Origin: Armatimonadota bacterium
GTDB taxonomy: Bacteria; Armatimonadota; Armatimonadia; Armatimonadales; Armatimonadaceae
Direction: 5' to 3'
Assembly (NCBI GenBank): GCA_043754515.1
Contig: JAYUUO010000246.1
Coordinates: 1 to 26,224 of the forward strand
DNA: 26,224 nt
A program made the translations under genes and the position numbers. The notes under the pieces were generated by a model that saw only the letters and a list, made by a program, of their open reading frames with translations, had not been told where the DNA came from and made no database searches. Shown piece after piece: positions 1-9,113 of the stretch. How positions within the stretch are numbered: the stretch's first letter is position 1; each line of letters starts with the position of its first letter.

Positions 1-150
1 GCGCTGCGCGCCCTCGGGGCCGACCTGGACCGCATCGATGCGCTGCCGGTGCTGGTCCGGGGCACCGGAGCACTGCCCGGCGGTGAGGTGGTGCTCGACG
101 CTTCACAGTCTTCACAGCTGGTCAGCGGTCTGCTGCTGGCGGCGCCGCGC
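1..150 (+). pseudogene. aroA: Internal fragment of EPSP synthase (3-phosphoshikimate 1-carboxyvinyltransferase), truncated at ~150; possibly a chimeric contig end
   Basis: Frame 1 reads [50 protein letters not shown], matching the AroA DASxSSQxxSxLLLAAP motif. Similarity and high GC both end at ~150. Confidence 0.75.
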
Positions 151-178
151 CCGCTATCTATCCGCAAGGAGATAAACT

Positions 179-286
179 ATGGAGCAGAATTTGAGACACA
201 TTTACCAGACAGGAAACCGCGCCGCACGATCAAAAAGACTCTTTTATTATGCGATTCGCTCACCTAAAATTCAGCAACAACGATAA
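179..286 (+). CDS. Small hypothetical protein, 35 aa ([35 protein letters not shown])
   Basis: AAGGAG Shine-Dalgarno at 166-171, 7 nt before ATG 179; stop TAA 284-286; followed by a hairpin at 307-330. No family recognised. Confidence 0.3.
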   Translation: MEQNLRHIYQTGNRAARSKRLFYYAIRSPKIQQQR

Positions 287-360
287 AGTATACATTTGGC
301 TTTATCTCGCCATCTGAACGCAGGTGGCGATACATTCCCGAACCGTGGTATTATGTATAT

Positions 361-499
361 GTACTCGATTCGGAGAGTGAAACGAGTAGCGGAAAGTTCT
401 CCGAACATTAACGAATACGGTTTGTAGGCTGGTACTACCAGCCTCCACAGGACACGACGGCGACCCGAACAGCGGGTGCGACCGTCGTTTTTGTTTTTT
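361..499 (+). ncRNA. Candidate structured small RNA (unassigned)
   Basis: Extended -10 TGgTATTAT at 346-354. Pairings tactcg(362-367)/cgagta(383-388) and ttcggaga(369-376)/tctccgaa(398-405). Palindrome aggctggta-c-taccagcct at 426-444. Ends in an intrinsic terminator. Confidence 0.3.
454..499 (+). terminator. Intrinsic terminator
   Basis: Stem acgacgg-cg-acccg / cgggt-gcg-a-ccgtcgt followed by ttttgttttt. Confidence 0.65.
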
Positions 500-730
500 A
501 GGGTTTCCGCTTCATCGCACTCTACTGGCATCCCGTTTTTAATACTTACGCACATCCCCATCTCCAAGTCGCGCGGTCAATCACGGGGGGGGGGCGGGGA
601 AACTTCGTTTCGCTGGTGGTTCGTGACTATTGCGGATGGTCAGTCACGTGGGCGAGTTCGTGGGCACGGTTGTCTGGCGGCGGTTCGGTGGGTGTCCGGT
701 GACCGATCCTACTCGTCTCGCCGGGACCGG

Positions 731-1933
731 CTAACCGTCCCCGGACCGGATCAGGCGCGGCTCCAGCATAAACATCTTTTCCGGCACATGAACCGCTTGC
801 TCTTCCCAGGACGGTGGTTCACCGCCGATCAGGGCGTTTAGCGTCTCGAACATCAGTTGCACCAGGGTCGTCAAATCGTATTCGAGGCGAGTGATCTGGT
901 GGTGCCACGCGGCGAGTGCCATAGACCCCGCGTTCGAATGCGTCGCGACCCGGATCGTGGTGCCCGGCTCGATCCTCAGCCGGTACAGTGCCATCAACAA
1001 ACCCTGCGTCTGCATGTCGTCCGTGGACAGGATCGCGTCGGGCAGTTCGCTGTGACTGCCGCCCGGCCCGAACTGCTTCATCGCCCGCAGATACCCCTCT
1101 TCCGCGCCCGAGAGCGACTTCGATTCAAAGGTCGGCACTCTATGGGGGGAGAGTGGGGCAAGCCCGTACGAAAGCATGGCACCCCGGTACACCTCGTGCA
1201 GGGAGTGGTAAGCGGACGTGCCACCCTGTTGCACGTCGAAATCTATGTGAAACCAGGGTTCGATCCGTTCGCACCCCTGACGCACCAGATCCGCGATCCC
1301 GAGTTGTATCATCGTCGCGGCGGATTGACCGAACATGTAATTTGCCGCCCCCGCGTAGGCGACGACGGGGACGCCCTGCGCCTCGATCCAGCGCGTGACC
1401 GGGTGCGGGGCACCGATAGCGAGCAGGCCGTGAATGCCACCCCGCTCGATCTCATCGCGGAGCGCGGGGCTGAGCGGTTCGGGGTCTTGCGGATGGGAGA
1501 TCGTCTGCTGGTGGAACGGGCGCAGGAAGTGGAGCGACAAATGCGCCTCGTTTTTGGCGGCGAGTTCGCGTATCTGCTCGATCAGGAGGCTCCAGAAGGG
1601 CGAGCCGCCGTGCGCGAGGAAAAACTCGACGTCGCAGAGCAGGGCGATATTGCGCTGGCGCAGGCGGTTGGAGACATACACGCCGCTACCCTGACGGCGC
1701 ACGAGGACGTTTTGCCCTTCGAGCCGCGACAGGGCGGCGTCGAGCGTCGCCTGCGAGATGTTCATCTCCTCCCGCAGGGCGCGAACGGTCGGCATCTTGG
1801 CGAGCGGCCCGAGGCGGTGCGCGAGGTCGAGCAGGTGCCCGTATGTCTCGTCCACCTTGCTCGACCCCTTGGTCAGCTTGATGGCGCGGCGCGGGATGGC
1901 GATAGGTTGGGGGCGGGCGTTTTGCTTATTCAT
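731..1933 (-). CDS. GntR-family transcriptional regulator with a LacI-type periplasmic-binding-protein-like sensor domain
   Basis: N-terminal wHTH MPTVRALREEMNISQATLDAALSRLEGQNVLVRRQGSGVYV; C-terminal PDAILSTDD...ITRLEYD sugar-sensor-like motifs. Confidence 0.88.
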   Translation of the reverse strand: MNKQNARPQPIAIPRRAIKLTKGSSKVDETYGHLLDLAHRLGPLAKMPTVRALREEMNISQATLDAALSRLEGQNVLVRRQGSGVYVSNRLRQRNIALLCDVEFFLAHGGSPFWSLLIEQIRELAAKNEAHLSLHFLRPFHQQTISHPQDPEPLSPALRDEIERGGIHGLLAIGAPHPVTRWIEAQGVPVVAYAGAANYMFGQSAATMIQLGIADLVRQGCERIEPWFHIDFDVQQGGTSAYHSLHEVYRGAMLSYGLAPLSPHRVPTFESKSLSGAEEGYLRAMKQFGPGGSHSELPDAILSTDDMQTQGLLMALYRLRIEPGTTIRVATHSNAGSMALAAWHHQITRLEYDLTTLVQLMFETLNALIGGEPPSWEEQAVHVPEKMFMLEPRLIRSGDG

Positions 1934-2000
1934 TTTTTGATTATCTTGTAATTAACGCAGATCCGCCACACTCACATCCGCGCGGGGTCGCTACTTCCGT

Positions 2001-2288
2001 TCACTTGGCACCGCTCTTCACCCCACCGGAGAACGCGCCCTGCTCTTCCGCAGTGGGGGCCGTTTTCTTATCACCCATGTGCATGAACGGCTCAACCTTT
2101 TTTTGGTCAGCGGGAGACATTTTGTTGTAGTCAGCCGTCTTTTTAAGACCTGCGCGCAACGCGTCTTCGTCCGTTTTACCGGCTCCCGCTTTTGCCTGAC
2201 ACCCCGCGCCTAAAGACAATAAGGAAATCACAACCGATAACTCCACCGCTAACAGCAAGCGTGTCCCGACCAAGTTCTGAAAAATCAT
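2001..2288 (-). CDS. Small exported protein / putative lipoprotein
   Basis: Strong RBS (ggagga) before ATG; hydrophobic N-terminus ending LSLGAGC (lipobox-like Cys30); lies between the DUF1559 and GntR genes. Confidence 0.65.
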   Translation of the reverse strand: MIFQNLVGTRLLLAVELSVVISLLSLGAGCQAKAGAGKTDEDALRAGLKKTADYNKMSPADQKKVEPFMHMGDKKTAPTAEEQGAFSGGVKSGAK

Positions 2289-2416
2289 TTAGTGTTCCTC
2301 CAGAGTAGCGAAGGCATTCCACCAACCCGCTACCTAATCCATCACCCATGTCTTGCTAGAATTCACTACATCCAAGGAGATGCAATTCACGCCTCCCTGG
2401 ATGCGTGCCACGCACT

Positions 2417-3286
2417 CTATTTTCGACGAGCGTCCCACATGTTCGCGTCGGGGCGGTTCACGGGATCAGGGTTCGTCGCCTCGGGCTTCATGGACTTCGA
2501 GTGGCCGTCCGCGAAGACGAAGTTCGACATTCCCGAGTGATGTGCAGAGACGCCGCCATTGATACCCAGGGGCATCGGGGCAACAGTCCGCTTGCCATTC
2601 GGGATCACGCAACCGCCAAGACACCACGGCGCGTTGGTCACGGTGTCTGTGATAAAAACGCTCGTTGGTTGGAAGTTCGCTCTGTTACGTCCGCCATCGT
2701 CGTTGGTCCACTGAAGGATCTGTTGCGAATCAGTGCTGAATTTCTCCGCGATCATCACGGTCTCCGATGAGCGCGAAACGTCGGCGACAGTCCGCGCTGG
2801 AAATGGTACCCAGGGCAACAATGTGGTTACGACGCCGATTGGGTCATTCAACCCGCCGGGATCTGTTCCATACTTAGTAAGTCCGTTGACGCCGTAGCTG
2901 ACCCACGGCCCCAGGACGTTGAAGTTGTTATTCGGGTCTGTGGTACTGTCAATACCGTCATCCGAGGGGCACCGCAGAATCCCAACGGCCTTCATGTATG
3001 GCTCAAGCTTGGACGACCAACCGGGCTGTAGTACCCCGCCGATGACTTCGTATACGGGCATTATGACGAACGTCTCATCGGAATCTTGCGCGTACATGAG
3101 CATAGCGAGGCCCATTTGCTTGGTGTTGCTCAGGCACGAGGCTTGGCGCGCTTTTTCGCGGGCCTGAGCAAACACGGGGAACAGGATCGCGGCCAAGATC
3201 GCAATAATTGCGATCACTACGAGTAGCTCGATCAGCGTAAACGCTTTGCGGCCGGGGTTGGTGACGGATAGGGACGGTTTCTTCAT
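2417..3286 (-). CDS. DUF1559-family prepilin-type N-terminal cleavage/methylation protein with H-X9-DG domain
   Basis: [49 protein letters not shown]-terminus; central LRCPSD; C-terminal [13 protein letters not shown]. Confidence 0.93.
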   Translation of the reverse strand: MKKPSLSVTNPGRKAFTLIELLVVIAIIAILAAILFPVFAQAREKARQASCLSNTKQMGLAMLMYAQDSDETFVIMPVYEVIGGVLQPGWSSKLEPYMKAVGILRCPSDDGIDSTTDPNNNFNVLGPWVSYGVNGLTKYGTDPGGLNDPIGVVTTLLPWVPFPARTVADVSRSSETVMIAEKFSTDSQQILQWTNDDGGRNRANFQPTSVFITDTVTNAPWCLGGCVIPNGKRTVAPMPLGINGGVSAHHSGMSNFVFADGHSKSMKPEATNPDPVNRPDANMWDARRK

Positions 3287-3379
3287 TCGGGTACCTTCTT
3301 CAACGACGGTTGATTTAGCGGGTTGCCGGACTTTGGCGATACAGTGGCAACCGCGTCGCTATTGTTTCGATTCAATAAT

Positions 3380-3408
3380 ATTGTACTCAACACATGAGTT
3401 GTTGTCAA
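3380..3408 (-). promoter_or_regulatory. Sigma70-type promoter for the DUF1559 cassette with a palindromic operator in the spacer
   Basis: Minus strand: TTGACA (3408-3403), 17-nt spacer, TACAAT (3385-3380). The spacer contains the near-palindrome CAACTCATGTGTTG (3388-3401). Confidence 0.8.
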
Positions 3409-3614
3409 GGTGTTTTCGGAAAACCAACGGGATCATTTTCCGTGGGGCATGAGGTTGTCTCCCTCCGGTGGGGTTTGGCTACGCTCGTTCGGCCTCCTGC
3501 GTGCTAACCCTAGAGACGGTGGCGTTTGGCCCGCCCTGGCACCCAACCCCACAAGCCGCTCGGCTCGCGGGGCGCGGTACACGCCGACGGGGGGCGGCAG
3601 GAGATAAGTATCAC

Positions 3615-4397
3615 CTACGGTTGCTTGTAGCGGATAAACATCACCGAGTCCATCGTGAACATGTCGCCGGTCATGGTGCCGGTGACCTTAGCGCAGGGCG
3701 TGATGTCGCCGGGCGCGAGGGCCATGTTCGGGCTGTTGCCGTCCGTCTGGAAGAGCACCCGGAACGAGCCGTCGTCAATTATGGCGAATCGGGTTTTCAT
3801 GCCATCCTCTCTCGCTTTTTTGTTCAGAAGAGTGGGGAAGTGACCGGGGTCGCGGCAGATCGCATACCGGTAGCCCCGCACGGGTACCTCCTCCTTCGAG
3901 AGGTGGTAGTGGGCGTAGGCAAGTCCGTCGAAGGCGACGACCTCTATGGGTTCGGGGCTGACCGGCAGACTTCGGTAGTAGGCTGGGAGCGATTCGCTCG
4001 CTTCCTCCCAATTGTCGGAGTTGACCCTGGTGACGGGCCTCGCGTTACGGACGGTCAGGAACGTCGTTCCACAGATCCCCTCCGCGACCAGGTCAGTGTC
4101 TCTCTGATTACCATTCCTTTTATCGTAAATGAATAATATGGTCACCGGCTGTGTTTCGGGAAGACCGGCTCCTGGGTTGAGCGTGTCCCACGGGTCGGCG
4201 AGGATTTTCGACAGGCCGTCGGAGGGCGGCGCGGTCTCCGATGAATCGGGAGATGTCGCGGCCTCCGGGTTCTCGGAGCGAACTACCACGGTGGCGAGCC
4301 ATATCTTCTCCATGCCGGAAAGTTGTTCGGTCACCATGGTTATGCCCTCGATTGGCGCGGTTATGTCCTGGGGAGGTATGGTTACGTCTTGGGTCAT
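3615..4397 (-). CDS. Hypothetical protein, 260 aa
   Basis: Good RBS (caggagtt) before ATG; protein-like composition; co-oriented 78 bp downstream of the STAND regulator; no motif recognised. Confidence 0.7.
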   Translation of the reverse strand: MTQDVTIPPQDITAPIEGITMVTEQLSGMEKIWLATVVVRSENPEAATSPDSSETAPPSDGLSKILADPWDTLNPGAGLPETQPVTILFIYDKRNGNQRDTDLVAEGICGTTFLTVRNARPVTRVNSDNWEEASESLPAYYRSLPVSPEPIEVVAFDGLAYAHYHLSKEEVPVRGYRYAICRDPGHFPTLLNKKAREDGMKTRFAIIDDGSFRVLFQTDGNSPNMALAPGDITPCAKVTGTMTGDMFTMDSVMFIRYKQP

Positions 4398-4475
4398 CTT
4401 GAACTCCTGATCGTGTACGCGTCGCGCGGTTGCGGGCGGGGGATGATCGTCTCCCCGGGCCGTCGGTATCGCAAG

Positions 4476-7127
4476 CTATAAATCCTCCTCCCAGAGTAGC
4501 GGCAGTGCCGCGTCCCATGTCAGCCCCGACAGCCCGTCAATGAGCGATGTCAGGGAGGGCGAATCCGCCGCGCGTTGCCGGAACTGAAGCCAGCGCGACA
4601 GGCTCCGTGCCATCAGGCGGGACTGGAGTTCCGCGTGGATTTTATGCGCGGTATAGAGAGCGATTCCCGCCTTGCCTGGTATGCCGGCTTCGTTCCATAT
4701 ATCGGCTAGTTCCGCGCAGAACCGCGCCGCGTAGAACGGGTCCCGCCCTTCCCGCGCGAGCCGGAGCGCGTCGAGGAGCAGTGTCAGCGCGGCCTCGGTC
4801 CGCCCGAACTGGCGGTAGATGGGCGCGAGGTAGTAGTCGCGATACAGCCGGACGTGGTACGCGTCGTCGGCTAAAGAATGCTCGGCCTGCGCCGCGTCGG
4901 CGTGGCGGATCGCGTCCCCCTCGTCGCCCCGCCCGGCGGCGAGGCGTGCCCGCAGGACGCGGATGACCACCGCCTCTTTCCCGCCGCCCGCGAGCGCGTC
5001 GGCACTTCGGATGTAGTCATCTCCTTTGGCCCACTGCTGCCGGTCAACCGCCTGCCCCGCGAGGTCGCACAGTGTGTCCAGCGGTGCGCCCGCTTCGGGA
5101 TGTTGCTCTTGAAGACGGAACCGTTGCTCCCAGAGGCGTTGCGCGTCCTCCTCGCGCCCGCGCCGCCGCGCCATCGCGCCGCGTAGCCCTAGAATATCGC
5201 CGTGACGACCGGCCGCGCCGGGGGTGCCGCCGAGGGTCGCCTCCGCCTCCCCCAGCAGGTAATCGCAGTCGCTCCAGTACCCGTTCTCGAACAGGAGGCG
5301 CGCGAACAGGCCAGAGAACTGGAACAAGAGTTCCGCGTCCCGCTCCCCGGCGGCGAAGGTGACGGCACTTCGGGTGTTTGCCCGCTCCCGCTCGACCCAC
5401 GCCCGCGCCGCGCCCCATTCGCCCTTCGCCACCCGCTCCCCGACCCGGTTCCCCGTTTCGGCGAAGTACGCCGCGTGCCGCCGCCGGTACGTCATCCGTG
5501 CGGGGGGGGCCAGTAGCGTCCCGGCAAATTCGCGCACGATCTCCAGGAACTGCCAACGGGTACCCTCCGCGTCCGAGCCGGGTTCGGCGGTGATCCGCGT
5601 CGTCAGCAGGGAGTAGCGGCGCAGTTCGCTCACGGAGTCGAGCAGTTCCGCGTCCGGCACGCCCGGGACCGCCGCCCGGAGCGCGTCCAGCGTGAACCCG
5701 CCGCTGAACACGGAGAGTGCCCCCAGCCGTTCGCGGAGCGCGGGTTCGAGCAGTCCCGCCGTCCACTCCAGCGCGGCGCGTAGCGAGCCGTGCCGATGTC
5801 CCCGATCCGCGGGGGCGTCCGCCGCCAGAAACCCCGGCTGGCGCGTTAGCTGGCTTAGTATCTCCCCCGTGCCGAGCGTCGCCACCCGCGCCGCCGCCAG
5901 TTCGAGAGCCAGCGGCACGCCTTCCAGTAGCTCGCAGATCGCGCCAACGGTAGAGCCGCCGCTCCCAGCGTCCGACTCGGGGGCGAAGTCGGGACGCGCC
6001 GCGCGGGCACGGTCTAAGAACAGCGCGAGGGCGTTGACCGGCGGGAGCGGCGACAGGGCGAGTAACGTTTCGCCGGGGATCGCGAGCGGTGCCTGCGACG
6101 TAACGAGGCAGCGCAGGTTGGGGCACTGGGCGAGCAGGTTTTCCAGGGTGCCGGAGCCGCCCCTTATCTGCTCGAAGTTGTCGAACACCAGCAACGTCGG
6201 CACCTTGAGGGCGGCGAGACGGGCGATGATCGTGTCCGCCACCGACGGCGAGGTGACCTCGGCATCCGCTTCGGGCAGAGCCAGCGCGATCGCTTCGAGC
6301 AGTGCCTCGCTCTCGAACACGGCGGCGAGCGCGATGACGGGGAGCGGCGAATGCAGGATGGGTGCCGCCCCGCCCCGCCCCGCCTCCTTCGCGAGACGCG
6401 TCTTCCCGATGCCGCCCATGCCGGTGATGGTCAGTAGGCGGCCGTCGCCCGCGACCCACGCCCGCGCCGAAGCGAGTTCCCTGTCGCGCCCGTGGAAGCG
6501 GCGGGCGGAGTCGGCGGCGGCTCCCGGATCAGCGTCGTACTCGGCGGCGCGGAGGGCGGGGATCACCCGGTCGGCGAACAGAAGGACGCAATCGTCGCGC
6601 ACCTGCCGCGCGGCGGCGCGCGACCCGAGGTGGTCCAGATTCACAAACAGCCGCGTCAGGGCGTCGCCGTATAACTCGCGGAGACGGTCGCGCTCGGCGA
6701 TCACCCAATCGTCGTAGAAGCCGGGCAGGAAGTCGCCCTTGTACAGCGCGACCGCCGCTTCCAGGTACGGAACCCGCTCGCGTGGCGTGGTCATGCGGGT
6801 GCCGGTCCGCACCGCCTCCTCGAACGCGGCGACATCGCCGGACACCGACTCCGCGAGGGCGATCAGGCTGTTGTCCGGCGTGTGGAACAGCCCGCCCCAG
6901 GTGGCCTTTCGGAGCGTGGAAAGTTCATAGCGCAAGCGGTTCCTCTGTTTCTCGCTCTCCTCGTCGGGCCAGAGCAGTTCACACAGGGCGTCACGCGAAT
7001 GGAGGCGCGGGGGGTAAGAGGCAAGACGGGCAAGCAAGAGAACACTTTTTTGCGTACGGAAATGGTCTATAGTCCCGGTTTCTCCTACAAACCGCGATCC
7101 GCCGAAGAATTCGATCCGCCAACGCAT
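4476..7127 (-). CDS. AfsR/SARP-type regulator: wHTH + BTAD + NB-ARC/STAND ATPase + TPR
   Basis: LLARLA...SRDALCELLWP...RNRLRYELSTLR (wHTH); AVALYKGDFLPGFYDDWVIAERDRL (BTAD); Walker A GMGGIGKT; Walker B LLVFDNFE; LEGVPLALELAA; helical C-terminus. Confidence 0.9.
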   Translation of the reverse strand: MRWRIEFFGGSRFVGETGTIDHFRTQKSVLLLARLASYPPRLHSRDALCELLWPDEESEKQRNRLRYELSTLRKATWGGLFHTPDNSLIALAESVSGDVAAFEEAVRTGTRMTTPRERVPYLEAAVALYKGDFLPGFYDDWVIAERDRLRELYGDALTRLFVNLDHLGSRAAARQVRDDCVLLFADRVIPALRAAEYDADPGAAADSARRFHGRDRELASARAWVAGDGRLLTITGMGGIGKTRLAKEAGRGGAAPILHSPLPVIALAAVFESEALLEAIALALPEADAEVTSPSVADTIIARLAALKVPTLLVFDNFEQIRGGSGTLENLLAQCPNLRCLVTSQAPLAIPGETLLALSPLPPVNALALFLDRARAARPDFAPESDAGSGGSTVGAICELLEGVPLALELAAARVATLGTGEILSQLTRQPGFLAADAPADRGHRHGSLRAALEWTAGLLEPALRERLGALSVFSGGFTLDALRAAVPGVPDAELLDSVSELRRYSLLTTRITAEPGSDAEGTRWQFLEIVREFAGTLLAPPARMTYRRRHAAYFAETGNRVGERVAKGEWGAARAWVERERANTRSAVTFAAGERDAELLFQFSGLFARLLFENGYWSDCDYLLGEAEATLGGTPGAAGRHGDILGLRGAMARRRGREEDAQRLWEQRFRLQEQHPEAGAPLDTLCDLAGQAVDRQQWAKGDDYIRSADALAGGGKEAVVIRVLRARLAAGRGDEGDAIRHADAAQAEHSLADDAYHVRLYRDYYLAPIYRQFGRTEAALTLLLDALRLAREGRDPFYAARFCAELADIWNEAGIPGKAGIALYTAHKIHAELQSRLMARSLSRWLQFRQRAADSPSLTSLIDGLSGLTWDAALPLLWEEDL

Positions 7128-7454
7128 ATCTACGCGTTAGTTCGGATAAACACCGGGATAATCCTGCCCACGCCGAAATAAGCGCGGCCACCCGAAAAAC
7201 CGGCAGGCGCGGGCCGGGCCATACCCCGGTCCGCGACACCGTCCTTTTCTCCGCCGCGCCGGGGGAATATTCCCAGCATCCGTATAGCACGCCGCCCCGC
7301 CCGGTTTGTCGAACTACCGGCGCGGACGGCCTTTTGATTGATCATCCCTTTCTCCCCGATGCCGGGGAGGCCGTGGGGCGTTTCCCGCGTAACGCCCGAC
7401 GATTAGCAGTATAAGTGGGGGGCGTTTGCAAAACGTTAGCGGTGGCATGTGGTC

Positions 7455-7492
7455 AAAAAATAGTTCGGTCATGCGGGTGAATCCGCATGACC
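7455..7492 (-). terminator. Terminator-like hairpin in the divergent intergenic region
   Basis: Perfect 10-bp stem ggtcatgcgg(7467-7476)/ccgcatgacc(7483-7492); on the minus strand it is followed by gaacta-tttttt. Confidence 0.45.
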
Positions 7493-7682
7493 AACGAGGC
7501 GTTGATAGTCAGTTCGGTAGGTCGCGTCTCGCGTCGGGGCGTGGAAGTTTCCGGTGAGCGGGGCGGGACGGCGAACGTTGCCGCCCGCGCGTGACCACGG
7601 ACCCGCGCACGCCTACTATTTGCGAAACCCACGCTGTCCATCCCGGTGGCGACGTTTTGCCCCGAACGATAAAATTGTAACC

Positions 7683-8918
7683 GTGATTGAGACACCGACA
7701 AACCCACCAAACTTTGATGTGATCGTAGTCGGCGCGGGGCCTGGCGGGGCGACCACCGCCTGGAAATGCGCGGAGGCGGGGCTACGAGTACTCCTGCTGG
7801 ATCGTGCCCCGACCCTGCCGCGCTATAAGCCGTGCGGCGGCGGCATCCCCGCCTCGCTCGCCGCGCACGTCGCCGGGTTTGCGTCCCCCGACGAATTCGC
7901 GGATCTCGCGGTCACGCACCTGCGCCATTCCTGGAAGGGCAAGGACACCGTGCTCGCCGAGATGACCACGCGGGACGGGTCCCCGGCGGCGGTCTGGATG
8001 GTGCAACGCGCCCGCTTCGATGCGTGGCTCGTGGACAAGGCAGTCGCGGGCGGCGCGACGCTACGGACGGGCGTTAAGGTGAGCGACGTCACGATCACCG
8101 GCGACCGGGTGACGGTTTCGACGGCGGAGAGCGAGTCGTATACCGCGCGGCACGTGGTCGGGGCGGACGGCGCGAAGGGGATCGTCGGCGCGCGCGTCGG
8201 GCTTCGGCTCGGCAAGCGGTGGGGGATCGCCCGCGAGGCGGAAATCGCGTTCACGGGCGGCGCGGACGGTAACCGGGCGCACCCCACGCTCCACCCCCAC
8301 GCGGCGTACCTGGATTACGGCTCGGTGCCCAACGGCTACGCGTGGATCTTCCCGAAGCGCGGGTTCCTGTCGGTCGGCGCGGGAATGTTGCTACCGAAGA
8401 AGCCATCCCCCGGCGAGGAGAACAACGTCGGGCGGGTGCTAAAGCAGGCGATGGACACGATGCTTCAGTCGGTAGGTCAGACGTTCCCCGAGGGCGCGGA
8501 CGCCCCCCGGATCTGGGGTCACCCGATCCCGTTCTGGACGGGCGCGGAGCCACTGGCGACCCCCGACGGGCGCGTCCTGCTCGTGGGGGACGCGGCGGGG
8601 GTGGTGCAACCGATGTTCGGCGAAGGGATACAGTACGCGATACGGACCGGCGACGCGGCGGCGAAATGCCTCGCGGCGGGTTCAGTAAGCCAGTACACGG
8701 AACGCGTCCGCGAACTGTTCGCCGACGAGTTCGACGCCGCGCTCCGCATCGGCAAAGTCTTCTATCGCGCCCCGTACCTGTCGTACAAACTCGGCGTCAA
8801 GAACCCTGCGGGCACGCGGCTAGTCGGGCGGCTGATGGCGGGCGAGGCTAGTTTGCACGAGTTAGAGTCGCGCATCTACGAGCGGCTAAAGAACCCACTC
8901 AAACGCGCGGCTGCGTAA
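7683..8918 (+). CDS. Geranylgeranyl reductase-family FAD-dependent oxidoreductase
   Basis: DVIVVGAGPGG, RYKPCGGG, VVGADGA, GYAWIFPK, LVGDAAG...GEGI motifs. Start chosen at GTG 7683, 7 nt after TAAAAT; the ORF track extends to 7554. Confidence 0.88.
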   Translation: MIETPTNPPNFDVIVVGAGPGGATTAWKCAEAGLRVLLLDRAPTLPRYKPCGGGIPASLAAHVAGFASPDEFADLAVTHLRHSWKGKDTVLAEMTTRDGSPAAVWMVQRARFDAWLVDKAVAGGATLRTGVKVSDVTITGDRVTVSTAESESYTARHVVGADGAKGIVGARVGLRLGKRWGIAREAEIAFTGGADGNRAHPTLHPHAAYLDYGSVPNGYAWIFPKRGFLSVGAGMLLPKKPSPGEENNVGRVLKQAMDTMLQSVGQTFPEGADAPRIWGHPIPFWTGAEPLATPDGRVLLVGDAAGVVQPMFGEGIQYAIRTGDAAAKCLAAGSVSQYTERVRELFADEFDAALRIGKVFYRAPYLSYKLGVKNPAGTRLVGRLMAGEASLHELESRIYERLKNPLKRAAA

Positions 8919-9113
8919 GCGGGTACCCGGTCGCCGGTGGGAACGGTTCCCGTCCCGTCAGCCACGCGCCATGGCCCGCCCCCGCCCCGCCGCCGATATA
9001 TCCGAAGCTAGCAACATGACTGTGACGCAATCGCCCTACGGACGGTACAATGGGCAGAGGCTCATACCGAAACGAGACGTCACATCAGGGTTCAAACTTC
9101 AGAGCGGCTCGAA

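Noticed and set aside
361..410. Glycine riboswitch / RNase P resemblance (ggagag, ggaaagt)
   Set aside because: Only short words match; the other conserved elements are absent.
377..427. 16-aa mini-ORF (MKRVAESSPNINEYGL) as a leader peptide or tmRNA tag
   Set aside because: The ggaga element abuts the GTG with no spacing; there is no ALAA-type end and no tRNA-like ends.
585..599. G-tract as a phase-variation site
   Set aside because: Not within a credible gene or promoter.
857..1951. 364-aa plus-strand ORF and similar long antisense ORFs (5044-6459, 5692-6717, 10222-11007, 23149-24360)
   Set aside because: Shadow ORFs overlapping well-supported genes in GC-rich DNA; no motifs.
3468..3552. 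Imperfect inverted repeat gtggggtttgg / cccaaccccac as a MITE
   Set aside because: Short, low-complexity, no target duplication and no second copy.
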